IMG/VR virus record: IMGVR_UViG_3300025141_000018 | Reading direction: 5' to 3' (one strand) | DNA from: a virus | Lineage: Duplodnaviria; Caudoviricetes | DNA length: 64,000 nucleotides | Shown here: one piece after another, positions 28,384-37,720 of the stretch | Layout of the letters: every line of letters begins with the position of its first letter | How positions within the stretch are numbered: position 1 is the first letter of the stretch | Notes under the pieces: model-generated | The model's input: the letters and a program-made list of their open reading frames with translations, nothing else | The model's database searches: none | What the model was told of the DNA's origin: nothing | Made by a program: the position numbers and the translations under genes

Positions 28384-29096
28384 GTTGTGATGTATTTTTT
28401 CTAAGTTATAACGAAGAGTTTGCAGATGAAAACTTTGAACTAGTGCAATTAGTAGCACCACATGCAAAACGTGTACATGGCATTAAAGGAATATTTAATG
28501 CACATAAAGAATGTGCAAAGCAAAGTCTTACTAAAAACTTCTACGTAATAGATGCAGATGCAATATTAGAACCAGGGTTTTATTTTGATTTTGAACCTAG
28601 AGACGATGTAGACTGGTGGACCGGAATACCTCAAACCGCATGTGTTCATGTGTGGCGAAGTAAAAATCCTATTAATGATTTATTATACGGATATGGCGGA
28701 GTTAAACTTTTTCCTAAACAAGCATTATTAGATTTAGAAGATTGGCATATTGATTTTACTAATTCAGCAAGCGGTAATTTTAAAGCAATGCCACAAGTAA
28801 GTAACGTTACAGGTTTTAATACAAGTCCTTATAACACATGGAAAAGTGCATTTAGAGAATGCACTAAACTTGCATCGGGTGTAATTAAAAGTGCATTTGA
28901 TGGGCATGTAGATAAAAATACTGAGACACGATTAGAAACTTGGTGTACTGTAGGTGCTGATCGATTGTATGGTAAAAATGCAATACGTGGAGCAAATGAA
29001 GGTAGGGCATATGGAGAAAAGCATGCCACCGATATTAAAATGTTAGACAATATAAACGACTTTGATTGGTTGAGGAAACGATTTGACAAAAAATGA
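28380..29096 (+). CDS. GT2-like glycosyltransferase, paralog of 3639..4610
   Basis: DVFFLSYNE, NAHKECA, YVIDADA, YGYGGVKLF, WKSAFRECTKL. Confidence 0.65.
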   Translation: MSCDVFFLSYNEEFADENFELVQLVAPHAKRVHGIKGIFNAHKECAKQSLTKNFYVIDADAILEPGFYFDFEPRDDVDWWTGIPQTACVHVWRSKNPINDLLYGYGGVKLFPKQALLDLEDWHIDFTNSASGNFKAMPQVSNVTGFNTSPYNTWKSAFRECTKLASGVIKSAFDGHVDKNTETRLETWCTVGADRLYGKNAIRGANEGRAYGEKHATDIKMLDNINDFDWLRKRFDKK

Positions 29097-30300
29097 AACT
29101 TTTTGTGTAGCACCGTTTATTCATCAAAGTATGAAAACGGACGGATGCATTAAATTATGTTGCCAAAGTCTTCCAGAAATTGCAAACCATAAGATCGGCA
29201 AAAGTTTCAAAATCGACTGCGAAACCTCAACAATGCAGGAGGCTTGGAATAATGATATAATTAAACAGGTACGGTTAGATTTGGCTCAAGGAGTTAAAAA
29301 CAAACGGTGTAATATATGCTGGGAGCATGAGAAAAACAATGTAAAAAGTTTACGACAAAAATATAATAGTAAACCAACGATGGAACGTTATGCTTTAGAT
29401 GCATTTAAACGTATGTCAAAGGACGGTACAATACATGATCCACCAAAATGGATAGAATTAAAATTAAGTAATTTATGTAATTTTGCTTGTAGAATGTGTC
29501 ATGTAATGGACAGTACATCTTGGTTTGATGATTGGAAGCACGTACATCATTTTTCAGACTCATATTGGCAATCACACATTGAAGGATTAAATTTATTAAA
29601 TAAGCCATATCTAGGAATTGAAGATAATTTTTTTAACGGAGTTGATTTTAGTGAAGTTCTACTATTACAAATTGCTGGAGGAGAACCATTATATGATGAA
29701 AAACATTATATAGCCCTTGACAAAGTAATTGATCGTGCTAACGAAATAACGTTGAATTATGCAACAAATTTAAGCAACTTAGGTTATAAAAAATATAATG
29801 TTTTAGATTATTGGAAAAAATTTAAATCTGTATATCTTAGTGTAAGTATAGATGGTCCTAGAGAAAAGAATGATTATATTAGACACGGAGGTAATTGGCA
29901 AACTTTAGAGAAAAATATCAAGGAAGTACAAAAACTTAATAATGTACACATTGTCGGCAAATGCACATTACAGACCACAAACATATTTTATCTACCTGAA
30001 ACACTAAAATGGTTTCAGGAAATGGGAATTGATAGAGATGTTCATTATGTAAATTTTCCTAAATGGTTTGATTGTAGAAGTATGCCAGATAAAATTAAAG
30101 ATCATGTTATAAACAAATTAATAAAAATGCAAGAAAATAAAAAATTTAAATCTAGTATAATAAACTACCTAAAACAAGATTTATATAACAAAGAAAATTG
30201 GAAAATGTTTTTTACATACAACGATATACTAGACAAACTACGAAATCAAAATTTATTTGATACGTTTCCAATATTTGAAATAGCAAAGAAAATATGCTAA
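29083..30300 (+). CDS. Radical SAM protein with N-terminal twitch-like domain
   Basis: FCVAPF...LCC...CNIC; CNFACRMC; IAGGEP; TTG start assumed. Confidence 0.88.
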   Translation: MTKNETFCVAPFIHQSMKTDGCIKLCCQSLPEIANHKIGKSFKIDCETSTMQEAWNNDIIKQVRLDLAQGVKNKRCNICWEHEKNNVKSLRQKYNSKPTMERYALDAFKRMSKDGTIHDPPKWIELKLSNLCNFACRMCHVMDSTSWFDDWKHVHHFSDSYWQSHIEGLNLLNKPYLGIEDNFFNGVDFSEVLLLQIAGGEPLYDEKHYIALDKVIDRANEITLNYATNLSNLGYKKYNVLDYWKKFKSVYLSVSIDGPREKNDYIRHGGNWQTLEKNIKEVQKLNNVHIVGKCTLQTTNIFYLPETLKWFQEMGIDRDVHYVNFPKWFDCRSMPDKIKDHVINKLIKMQENKKFKSSIINYLKQDLYNKENWKMFFTYNDILDKLRNQNLFDTFPIFEIAKKIC

Positions 30301-31433
30301 TGATCTGGAAGAGCAAGGTATCTATTAAGTGACCAGTCTTTAAACACTGGCGAAGCAAATAATGGAAATAAATTATTGCATCCTTCAAAGAGATATTTGT
30401 TTACAAAATTGTTCCAACGTAATAATTCTTTTAAAGAAAAAATGTGTACATTTAATTTATTGCAAAAGTCTCCGTGCAGATCTAATACTTCTGCTATTGA
30501 TGGATCATTGTATGGTGCTAGTCTAATATGCAAAGTACCTTGCATATCTTTTAAACATTGCATTAAATTTATAGGATTATAATTTTTTCTTTTAACTAAA
30601 TGAAGTAACGGTGGGCCTATTTTAATGTTTTCATACTTTGTATAAAATATACAACTTACACAATCGCTATTTTCAATTTTACTAGCAAAGTATAAAGATG
30701 TAAAATAGTTATATCGTTCTCCGTAAAAGACATATTTTTTAGTATTAGGTATTAATGTTTTTATATACTCAGCAAGTTCAGGAAGTTGCATATTATTAAT
30801 ACCAAACTCTCCTGCTTGCATTATAGCATCTTTATATGATTGCTTAATTAAAATTAAATTGGCATTTAACTTTTTTAAACGTTCAACATAAGGAAAAGAT
30901 ATATCTGTATTTTTAACACTACATGACCACCTTCCTGTTTCAGTAAATACTAATGTATAAGGAAGTTTTTTATCTAATACATATATATTGTTATCAATAT
31001 TTTTAAAGTCCGACAATGGTTTAGCATTTTTTTTATAATTATTATCCCTAGCACGGAATACCCAATGTTTTTCATTCCAACGTGCAGGATACTCGTTAAT
31101 ATTGCAATAGCCATCAGGATCAAAGTTAATTACAAATATACCAAACTCATTATGTTCATTATTAACGAATTCAAATTTACCAGGAAGACAAAATGTTGTA
31201 TTTGTTAAATCGTGTTCGCGAGGAATAAATGAAAAATTATCACTTGTTATATGTACTTTATTACCACTGTACACAGGCTTAATATACACAAATTGATCTG
31301 TATCAAACTCAACATAGCACTTGCCTTGTACATATATAAAATGAATACCAGACTTTTCGTCATGAACCAATGCGTTTTTTTGAAACGATTTATACCTTTT
31401 ATTAAAAAACTCTAATGCGTGAAAGTGATCCAT
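30297..31433 (-). CDS. Inverted gene; C-terminal half resembles a degenerate alpha/beta-hydrolase fold
   Basis: 378-aa open frame; TLVFTE...NLILIKQ...YVFYGERYNYFTSLYFA (GxSxG elbow replaced by GERYN). Confidence 0.6.
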   Translation of the reverse strand: MDHFHALEFFNKRYKSFQKNALVHDEKSGIHFIYVQGKCYVEFDTDQFVYIKPVYSGNKVHITSDNFSFIPREHDLTNTTFCLPGKFEFVNNEHNEFGIFVINFDPDGYCNINEYPARWNEKHWVFRARDNNYKKNAKPLSDFKNIDNNIYVLDKKLPYTLVFTETGRWSCSVKNTDISFPYVERLKKLNANLILIKQSYKDAIMQAGEFGINNMQLPELAEYIKTLIPNTKKYVFYGERYNYFTSLYFASKIENSDCVSCIFYTKYENIKIGPPLLHLVKRKNYNPINLMQCLKDMQGTLHIRLAPYNDPSIAEVLDLHGDFCNKLNVHIFSLKELLRWNNFVNKYLFEGCNNLFPLFASPVFKDWSLNRYLALPDH

Positions 31434-33239
31434 ATGCTTAATTCAGTTGAACTTTTAGATCGGTTTGAAATACTAGAACCTAATAATTTAGTATTAAAAG
31501 ATTTGCGTCGATGCATTGTTGATAAAGATGTTCGAAGTGTATTTAAAATGTTCAAAAATATTTATGAAAATGAAAATATACATCTTGTAGAAACTGCATG
31601 TTTAGATTTAAATGCATATGCTTTTTTTAAGTTAGAAGAAAACTTAATTGGCAATGAGGATATGCCGTTACTTAAAAAGATAATATGGCAACAAAATCCT
31701 TGGGCAGTTTTTAATTTCTTTGCAAATCAAGAAAATATTGATCCAATAGTAATTAAAGATCTAAAAAGTGCTACATTAATGGAGAAACCAAAAGCTCTTT
31801 TAAAATTATTAATACATAAACTTGGTACTGAGGATGATTTTACTGTATATTTCTTAACAAACTTATTTTATAATACAAAATCATATGATTTACGAAAAGT
31901 ATATCGTATTTTTACATATTTGCAATCTAAAGGAATAGATATCTATGATGAAGATGTAATCCTTTTTATAAAAGCTCTTAACGGAGTATCTTTACATATC
32001 GTAAGATTAGTTAAACGTATCACAAGCGAAGGGATTCCTCCCGAAGAACAAGAAATTTATGATTTAACAATGAACTTTTTTGAAGACGTTATAATGGATA
32101 AAGTAAAATATGACGCGAGAGAAATATTCAAATGTTTTAGGCATTTTAATTCTAAAATGGATATACATGGTAAGGATAAAGAAACGTTTGAAAAAATGAT
32201 GAACAAAGTTCATTTGCATGTAATAAAATTTATGTCAATAATGCACCCAAACCAGGTATGGATTGACTATATAAGAAAATTTATTGTACTAGAAAATAAA
32301 ATGAATTATGTCTGGCAAATATGCGAAAAGTTTGATTTCCCAGGTATAAAAGACCTTAAACTTGCAAGTAAAAACAAGTTTTTCGGTATGAAGATGAAAC
32401 CTGTGTTTAATCGATATAAAGGTAATGAATTTTATGAGTCATATCAAAATGCAACAAATGTTAAAGCAAAAGATACTGTACGAATATCTAGTACATTAAA
32501 TGTATTAGAAAAAGCAATAGGAAATCAATCATTAATCGATGATATAAAGGGTAGTTTATTATACGATAATAGAGAAGCATTATATAACATAGTTAAACAT
32601 ACATCAAAAGATAGTCTTGTAGATACGTTACAACGATTTGAATCGGAACACCCAACTGTATCTTTAAATGATGCATTTAGTAGAGGCCAACTATTTAGTA
32701 AAAAATGGATAGTAAATAAAATTAAAGACATGGACTTGGGAACCATTGTTTTATGTGCAGGTTGGCACGGATCTCTTATACATTTATTTGCTCGAGATAA
32801 TATTAAATTTAAACAATGTTTTAGTTTTGATATTAATCCCGAGTTTGTTAAAACAAGTGAATTGTTAAACAAAGACTTAGTACTTCAGCAATGGAGATTT
32901 AAAGCAACCTGTGCAGACATATTAGAATTAGATTATAATCCTGTTGTTTTTAATACAGCAAAAGCCGATGGTACAAATGAAAAAGTGTCTGTTTATCCTG
33001 ATACTATTATTAATACATCGTGCGACCATATTGAAAACTATGATATATGGTATAATAAATTACCTAAAGATACATTATTAATTTTACAAAATAATAATTA
33101 TTTCGAAGAAACAGAACATATTAATTCCGTTAAAGATATAGATGCTTTTAAAGAAGCATCGCCTATGTCTAATATAGTGTTTGAAGGTACATTAAATTTA
33201 GGCATGTATAAACGCTTTATGCTGATTGGATATAAATGA
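31434..33239 (+). CDS. Methyltransferase-like protein (long form) with an N-terminal helical repeat region
   Basis: C-terminal LCAGWHG, SFDINP, IINTSCDH, LQNNNY, YKRFMLIG. The N-terminus LLDRFE matches the short paralog. ATG 31434 is preferred over GTG 31419. Confidence 0.65.
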   Translation: MLNSVELLDRFEILEPNNLVLKDLRRCIVDKDVRSVFKMFKNIYENENIHLVETACLDLNAYAFFKLEENLIGNEDMPLLKKIIWQQNPWAVFNFFANQENIDPIVIKDLKSATLMEKPKALLKLLIHKLGTEDDFTVYFLTNLFYNTKSYDLRKVYRIFTYLQSKGIDIYDEDVILFIKALNGVSLHIVRLVKRITSEGIPPEEQEIYDLTMNFFEDVIMDKVKYDAREIFKCFRHFNSKMDIHGKDKETFEKMMNKVHLHVIKFMSIMHPNQVWIDYIRKFIVLENKMNYVWQICEKFDFPGIKDLKLASKNKFFGMKMKPVFNRYKGNEFYESYQNATNVKAKDTVRISSTLNVLEKAIGNQSLIDDIKGSLLYDNREALYNIVKHTSKDSLVDTLQRFESEHPTVSLNDAFSRGQLFSKKWIVNKIKDMDLGTIVLCAGWHGSLIHLFARDNIKFKQCFSFDINPEFVKTSELLNKDLVLQQWRFKATCADILELDYNPVVFNTAKADGTNEKVSVYPDTIINTSCDHIENYDIWYNKLPKDTLLILQNNNYFEETEHINSVKDIDAFKEASPMSNIVFEGTLNLGMYKRFMLIGYK

Positions 33240-33832
33240 TAGAAGCACAAATAAAAGATGCAGTAATTGAAAACGAACCGTTTCCTCATACTGTACTTAA
33301 TAATTTTTTTGATGAAGAATATTACCAAGAGTTGTTAAACGCAATATATCATGATAACACAACCCCTATACATTTACCTGAAGAAGATTGCTATCCTGAT
33401 AAGCAACATATAGTTGATATACAAGAAATAACTCATAATTTTACTTTCTGGAACAACTTTATGGAAATGATGTCTAGTGAAGAACTGCTAGGCGAATTAA
33501 AAGAACTATGGAATTTAAAGTATCCTGTAAACAATATTATATATAATATTCATAAGGACAAAAAAGGTTTTTATAGAGGTCCACACAATGACGTTAAGTC
33601 GTGGAATAGAGAAATGGTTACCTTAATGGTATATTGCCCTTCGAATCATGACTTAGCACATACCGGTACAAGGTTGCAAGAGCATAAACAAGTATTGTGT
33701 GTACCTAACAGAGCATGGTCGTTTAAATCGTGCGAAACAAGTGTTCACTCTGTTGATGTTGTAGAGGAAGATACTACAGACAGAAATTCAATACTGGTAA
33801 AATATTGTGCTACAATGAGGAGAAATGAGTGA
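33236..33832 (+). CDS. Fe(II)/2OG-dependent oxygenase (prolyl-hydroxylase-like)
   Basis: EPFPH.V..NFF, PHNDV...H...RNS. Confidence 0.75.
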   Translation: MIEAQIKDAVIENEPFPHTVLNNFFDEEYYQELLNAIYHDNTTPIHLPEEDCYPDKQHIVDIQEITHNFTFWNNFMEMMSSEELLGELKELWNLKYPVNNIIYNIHKDKKGFYRGPHNDVKSWNREMVTLMVYCPSNHDLAHTGTRLQEHKQVLCVPNRAWSFKSCETSVHSVDVVEEDTTDRNSILVKYCATMRRNE

Positions 33833-34467
33833 AAGATCCTTTGAATGAGTTAACAGTAAAATATATTAATGCACCTGTTACAACCGAGCCATGGAATTAT
33901 ATTCTTATTGATAATTTTTTACCGGAAGACTATTTGAAATTTATCTTAAATAAGTTTGCAACAGATACAACTCCTCCGGATAATTTTGATGATTTTCATT
34001 ATCCATATGCACAAGTAACAAGTCCCGAAGAAGTAATGACACACGACGAATGGATGGGAACATCAAGGCTTTTTAAAAATGATACGTTTAAAAAGACACT
34101 CTTTAAAAGATGGGGCATAGAGTACGATGGTAAAATAGAATGTAAGTTTGCTATGCATAGAGATCAAAAAGGATTTTATCAAGATCCGCATAATGATATA
34201 AAAGAATATGCTAAAGAAGTTATTACTATGCAAGTATATTGTCCACCTGATGAAAGTTTAAAGCATCTCGGAACATCGTTATATAATTCTGGTGTATATA
34301 GACCCGATTTAAACGGAACAGAGTATCATTCTACAATAGACTTTATACCTAATAGATGTGTTAGTTTTAAATGTGAGCCATATACGTGGCACGGAGTATT
34401 TCCTTTTAAAGAGGATACTAATAATAAAAGAAATAGTTTGCGATTATTATATTATGTACCAGTATAA
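33829..34467 (+). CDS. Fe(II)/2OG-dependent oxygenase, tandem paralog
   Basis: EPWNY..IDNFLP, PHNDI, GTSLY, WHGV, RNSL. Confidence 0.75.
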   Translation: MKDPLNELTVKYINAPVTTEPWNYILIDNFLPEDYLKFILNKFATDTTPPDNFDDFHYPYAQVTSPEEVMTHDEWMGTSRLFKNDTFKKTLFKRWGIEYDGKIECKFAMHRDQKGFYQDPHNDIKEYAKEVITMQVYCPPDESLKHLGTSLYNSGVYRPDLNGTEYHSTIDFIPNRCVSFKCEPYTWHGVFPFKEDTNNKRNSLRLLYYVPV

Positions 34468-35530
34468 TGAAATTAAAGCAGTTCATTTAGAAATCACACA
34501 ACGGTGTCAAGCATCTTGTCCTATGTGCGATAGAAATGAAAACGGTGGTATTGTTAATAGACATTTAACTAATGCTGAACTTAGTATAACAGATTGTAAG
34601 CAAATATTCAAGCCTAAATTTATTGCAAATTTAGATAGAATGTATATGTGTGGTAACCACGGTGATCCGATTGTTGCCGACGATACATTGGAAGTATTTA
34701 GATATTTTAGAGAAAATAATCCTAACATGTGGCTCAGCATGAATACTAATGCAGGAGCAAAAGATAGTAAATGGTGGGCAGAGTTAGCACAAGTATTCGG
34801 GCGTATGGGTTGTGTATTGTTTAGTGTAGACGGCTTAGAAGATACTAATCATTTATATAGACAAAACGTACAATGGCCTATAGTAATGAATAGTATGCAA
34901 GCATTTATTAGTGCCGGAGGAAGGGCTAGGTGGGATTATATTATATTTGAACACAACGAACATCAAGTAGAAGAAGCAGAAACATTATCGAAGTTAATGG
35001 GTTTTGAAAAGTTTCAAAAAAAGAAAACCGGGCGTTTTTATTCAACTAATAAGTTTAAAACAAAAGACGAACACCAAGCAAAGAATAGAAAAGGTACGGA
35101 TACACAAAAACTAGAACTGCCAAAAGAAGAAAAGAATAAAAATAAAGCACTAGATAAAGTTGCTAAAATAGAAGAAAAATATGGCAGTATGCATGAGTAC
35201 CACGATAAAGTTAAAATTGATTGTAAAGTAGCAAAAGAAAAAAACATATATATATCTGCTGAAGGATTAATGTTGCCCTGTTGTTGGACTGCTGGGCGTA
35301 TGTATAAGTGGTGGTTTGAAGATCCAAGTGAAGAACAAATATGGAGTTACATACAAGATAAAGATGCTATTAATACTAAAACACATGGACTACAAAGTGT
35401 AATGGAAAACGGATTTATACAGAATATACAACATAGTTGGTCGTTACCGAATACAAAAGCCGGTAAACTAAAAGTATGTGCCGATAAGTGTGGAGTTGAA
35501 TTTGATGCATTTAAAGAACAGTATAAATGA
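34454..35530 (+). CDS. Radical SAM protein with C-terminal SPASM/twitch-like cysteines
   Basis: HLEITQRCQASCPMC, MCGNHGDP, C-terminal DC...LPCC...CADKC; start set at MYQYNEIK. Confidence 0.9.
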   Translation: MYQYNEIKAVHLEITQRCQASCPMCDRNENGGIVNRHLTNAELSITDCKQIFKPKFIANLDRMYMCGNHGDPIVADDTLEVFRYFRENNPNMWLSMNTNAGAKDSKWWAELAQVFGRMGCVLFSVDGLEDTNHLYRQNVQWPIVMNSMQAFISAGGRARWDYIIFEHNEHQVEEAETLSKLMGFEKFQKKKTGRFYSTNKFKTKDEHQAKNRKGTDTQKLELPKEEKNKNKALDKVAKIEEKYGSMHEYHDKVKIDCKVAKEKNIYISAEGLMLPCCWTAGRMYKWWFEDPSEEQIWSYIQDKDAINTKTHGLQSVMENGFIQNIQHSWSLPNTKAGKLKVCADKCGVEFDAFKEQYK

Positions 35531-36050
35531 ATTTCTTATATGTTATGCCGGAGGTTGGCACGGGGATTTTATATATGATTTAATAAGTTGCAAACATCAT
35601 TGTATACGTGAGCATGGACTAATTGAGGATTGGAGAGAATACTTTTATCCTAGCCATATATACATAGTTCCGTATAGTGTAAAAAATAATCGTTACAGAG
35701 TTTTTAATTGGTGGAAAAAAATTGGCAGACGTAAGCATAGTGAAAGAAATTTAAAAGACTATTATAAAGAATGTATAGATGATACATATAAAAATCTTAG
35801 TCAGCCAGATGTATATCCGCTAGATATTGATTTATTTTTAGACGAAAGCAACATGCTATATGTTAACTGGTTCTTTAATCAATTTAATATAGTATGGTCG
35901 GAAAAGATGGAATTGCGTTATGTACACTTTAAAAAGTACGAGTATTTTATAGAAGAAATGGATAATAATTTTTTAGGAGAAATAAATGACATCGACTTTC
36001 TGCATCCTGCCGTGGATGCACATCGCAACAAATTCTACAGGAAACCTTAG
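35505..36050 (+). CDS. Hypothetical protein, possible degenerate sulfotransferase/P-loop N-terminus
   Basis: FLICYAGGWHGDFIYDLI; ATG 35505 follows ggag. Confidence 0.45.
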   Translation: MHLKNSINEFLICYAGGWHGDFIYDLISCKHHCIREHGLIEDWREYFYPSHIYIVPYSVKNNRYRVFNWWKKIGRRKHSERNLKDYYKECIDDTYKNLSQPDVYPLDIDLFLDESNMLYVNWFFNQFNIVWSEKMELRYVHFKKYEYFIEEMDNNFLGEINDIDFLHPAVDAHRNKFYRKP

Positions 36051-37176
36051 GGTTTGTTGTAATGCAGTACCTACAAAGGGTTATATCTATAAGTCTGACG
36101 GGAACCCATATAAACTATTTAGAGATGATATTAATGAAGCATGGCATTCAAAGACATATAAAAACATACGACAAGACTTTTTAAATGGAAATAAACCTGA
36201 AATATGCGAACGATGTTTTAGAGAAGAAGATGCAGGATTAAAAAGTGCAAGGCAAAGTGCTAACGAACAATGGGGTACAGAATGTAGTATGACAACTACT
36301 CCTGAAATGGATATACGTTATGTTGATTTACGTTTAGGTAATTTATGTAATCTTAAATGTCGAATGTGCAATCCTTATTCATCTAGTATATGGGCAAAAG
36401 AATGGAATAAAGTAGTTACTGAAGAAGAACAAATTTCGCAAGACGAAGTTACTAGACTTGCACAACTGGATTGGCCTACAAAGGATAAAACGTGGGATAA
36501 TATAAAAGAAATATTGCCTAGTGTAGAAATGATATATTTTACCGGAGGCGAACCAACGTTAACCTTAGAGCAAATGTCGTTGCTAGAGTATTGTGTTAAT
36601 AATGGATATACTGATATTATATTAAAATATAATACAAACTTAACTAATATACCAGAACGTATATTAGATTTGTGGAAAAATTTTAAAAAGATTAGAATTA
36701 ATGCAAGTATTGATGCAATAGGTGATTTAAATAGGTACATACGTTATCCTAGTAGTTGGGAAGAAATAACTAATAATTTAGATATATTGAAAAATATTCC
36801 TAATGTACATGTAGGAATACATACAACGGTACAGATGTATAATATATTTGATTTGCATAATATAATTGCTTATTTTAAAGATTATAATCATTTTTTAAAT
36901 ATATTAAACCATCCTAAACATTTAAATATCCGTGTTTTAAATAAAAAACACAAGCAAAAAATACTTAATCGCTTACTAACATGCCCTGTACATAATGTTA
37001 GTACCACTACTATCACAGATAGAATAAACGGTATAATTAAATATATGCAAGAAGATTGGCACGATAAATGGCCAGCTTTTGTTGCTTACACAAAGAACGT
37101 TGACAAACAACGTAATGAAAACATTTTAGATCACATAGAGGAATTCAATGAAGATTGCGATGACTGGAAATCCTGA
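35986..37176 (+). CDS. Radical SAM protein with N-terminal twitch-like domain
   Basis: FCILPW...VCC...CERC; DLRLGNLCNLKCRMC; FTGGEP; RYPSSW. Confidence 0.9.
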   Translation: MTSTFCILPWMHIATNSTGNLRVCCNAVPTKGYIYKSDGNPYKLFRDDINEAWHSKTYKNIRQDFLNGNKPEICERCFREEDAGLKSARQSANEQWGTECSMTTTPEMDIRYVDLRLGNLCNLKCRMCNPYSSSIWAKEWNKVVTEEEQISQDEVTRLAQLDWPTKDKTWDNIKEILPSVEMIYFTGGEPTLTLEQMSLLEYCVNNGYTDIILKYNTNLTNIPERILDLWKNFKKIRINASIDAIGDLNRYIRYPSSWEEITNNLDILKNIPNVHVGIHTTVQMYNIFDLHNIIAYFKDYNHFLNILNHPKHLNIRVLNKKHKQKILNRLLTCPVHNVSTTTITDRINGIIKYMQEDWHDKWPAFVAYTKNVDKQRNENILDHIEEFNEDCDDWKS

Positions 37177-37720
37177 ATACGGATTGGCAAAATCATTTAA
37201 ACAAATACACCCTAATACAGAATTTTTTAGTAGAGATAATAGCTGGGACTTTAGTAATATATTGCAAAGAAAAAAATTAGGAGAGCATTTAGACGCACAT
37301 CGATTCGATGTGTTTATTAATAGTAGTGCTTTAAATAATTTTAATCAATGTTTATTATTAGAACAAGTCTGGGATAAATGGAAATTAACCGAAAAGCCTA
37401 AACAAATTATTTGTGTTGGAAGTACAATAGATAGAGTTGCTAAAGGTAGCGATTGGATCTATGGAACAGAGAAACATGCATTAAAACAAATGTGCAACGG
37501 ACTCAGTTTACTCGGCGTGTGGAGTGAAATACAATGCAAGGTTACATATATAAGTTTTGGCTCACTCAGTACTCCTAAAGTTACACAAAAACATCCCGAC
37601 AGGCGGCTTATGGATGTTAATAAGGCCGCTACATATATTAAATGGGTATTAGATCAACCCAAAGACATAAGTTTAAATGAACTTAGTATAGACCCAAAGC
37701 AGATACTAGCAGATGACTGA
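37148..37720 (+). CDS. Short-chain dehydrogenase/reductase-like protein
   Basis: IAMTG...GLA, DVFINSS, IICVGS, YGTEK (YxxxK). Confidence 0.65.
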   Translation: MKIAMTGNPEYGLAKSFKQIHPNTEFFSRDNSWDFSNILQRKKLGEHLDAHRFDVFINSSALNNFNQCLLLEQVWDKWKLTEKPKQIICVGSTIDRVAKGSDWIYGTEKHALKQMCNGLSLLGVWSEIQCKVTYISFGSLSTPKVTQKHPDRRLMDVNKAATYIKWVLDQPKDISLNELSIDPKQILADD

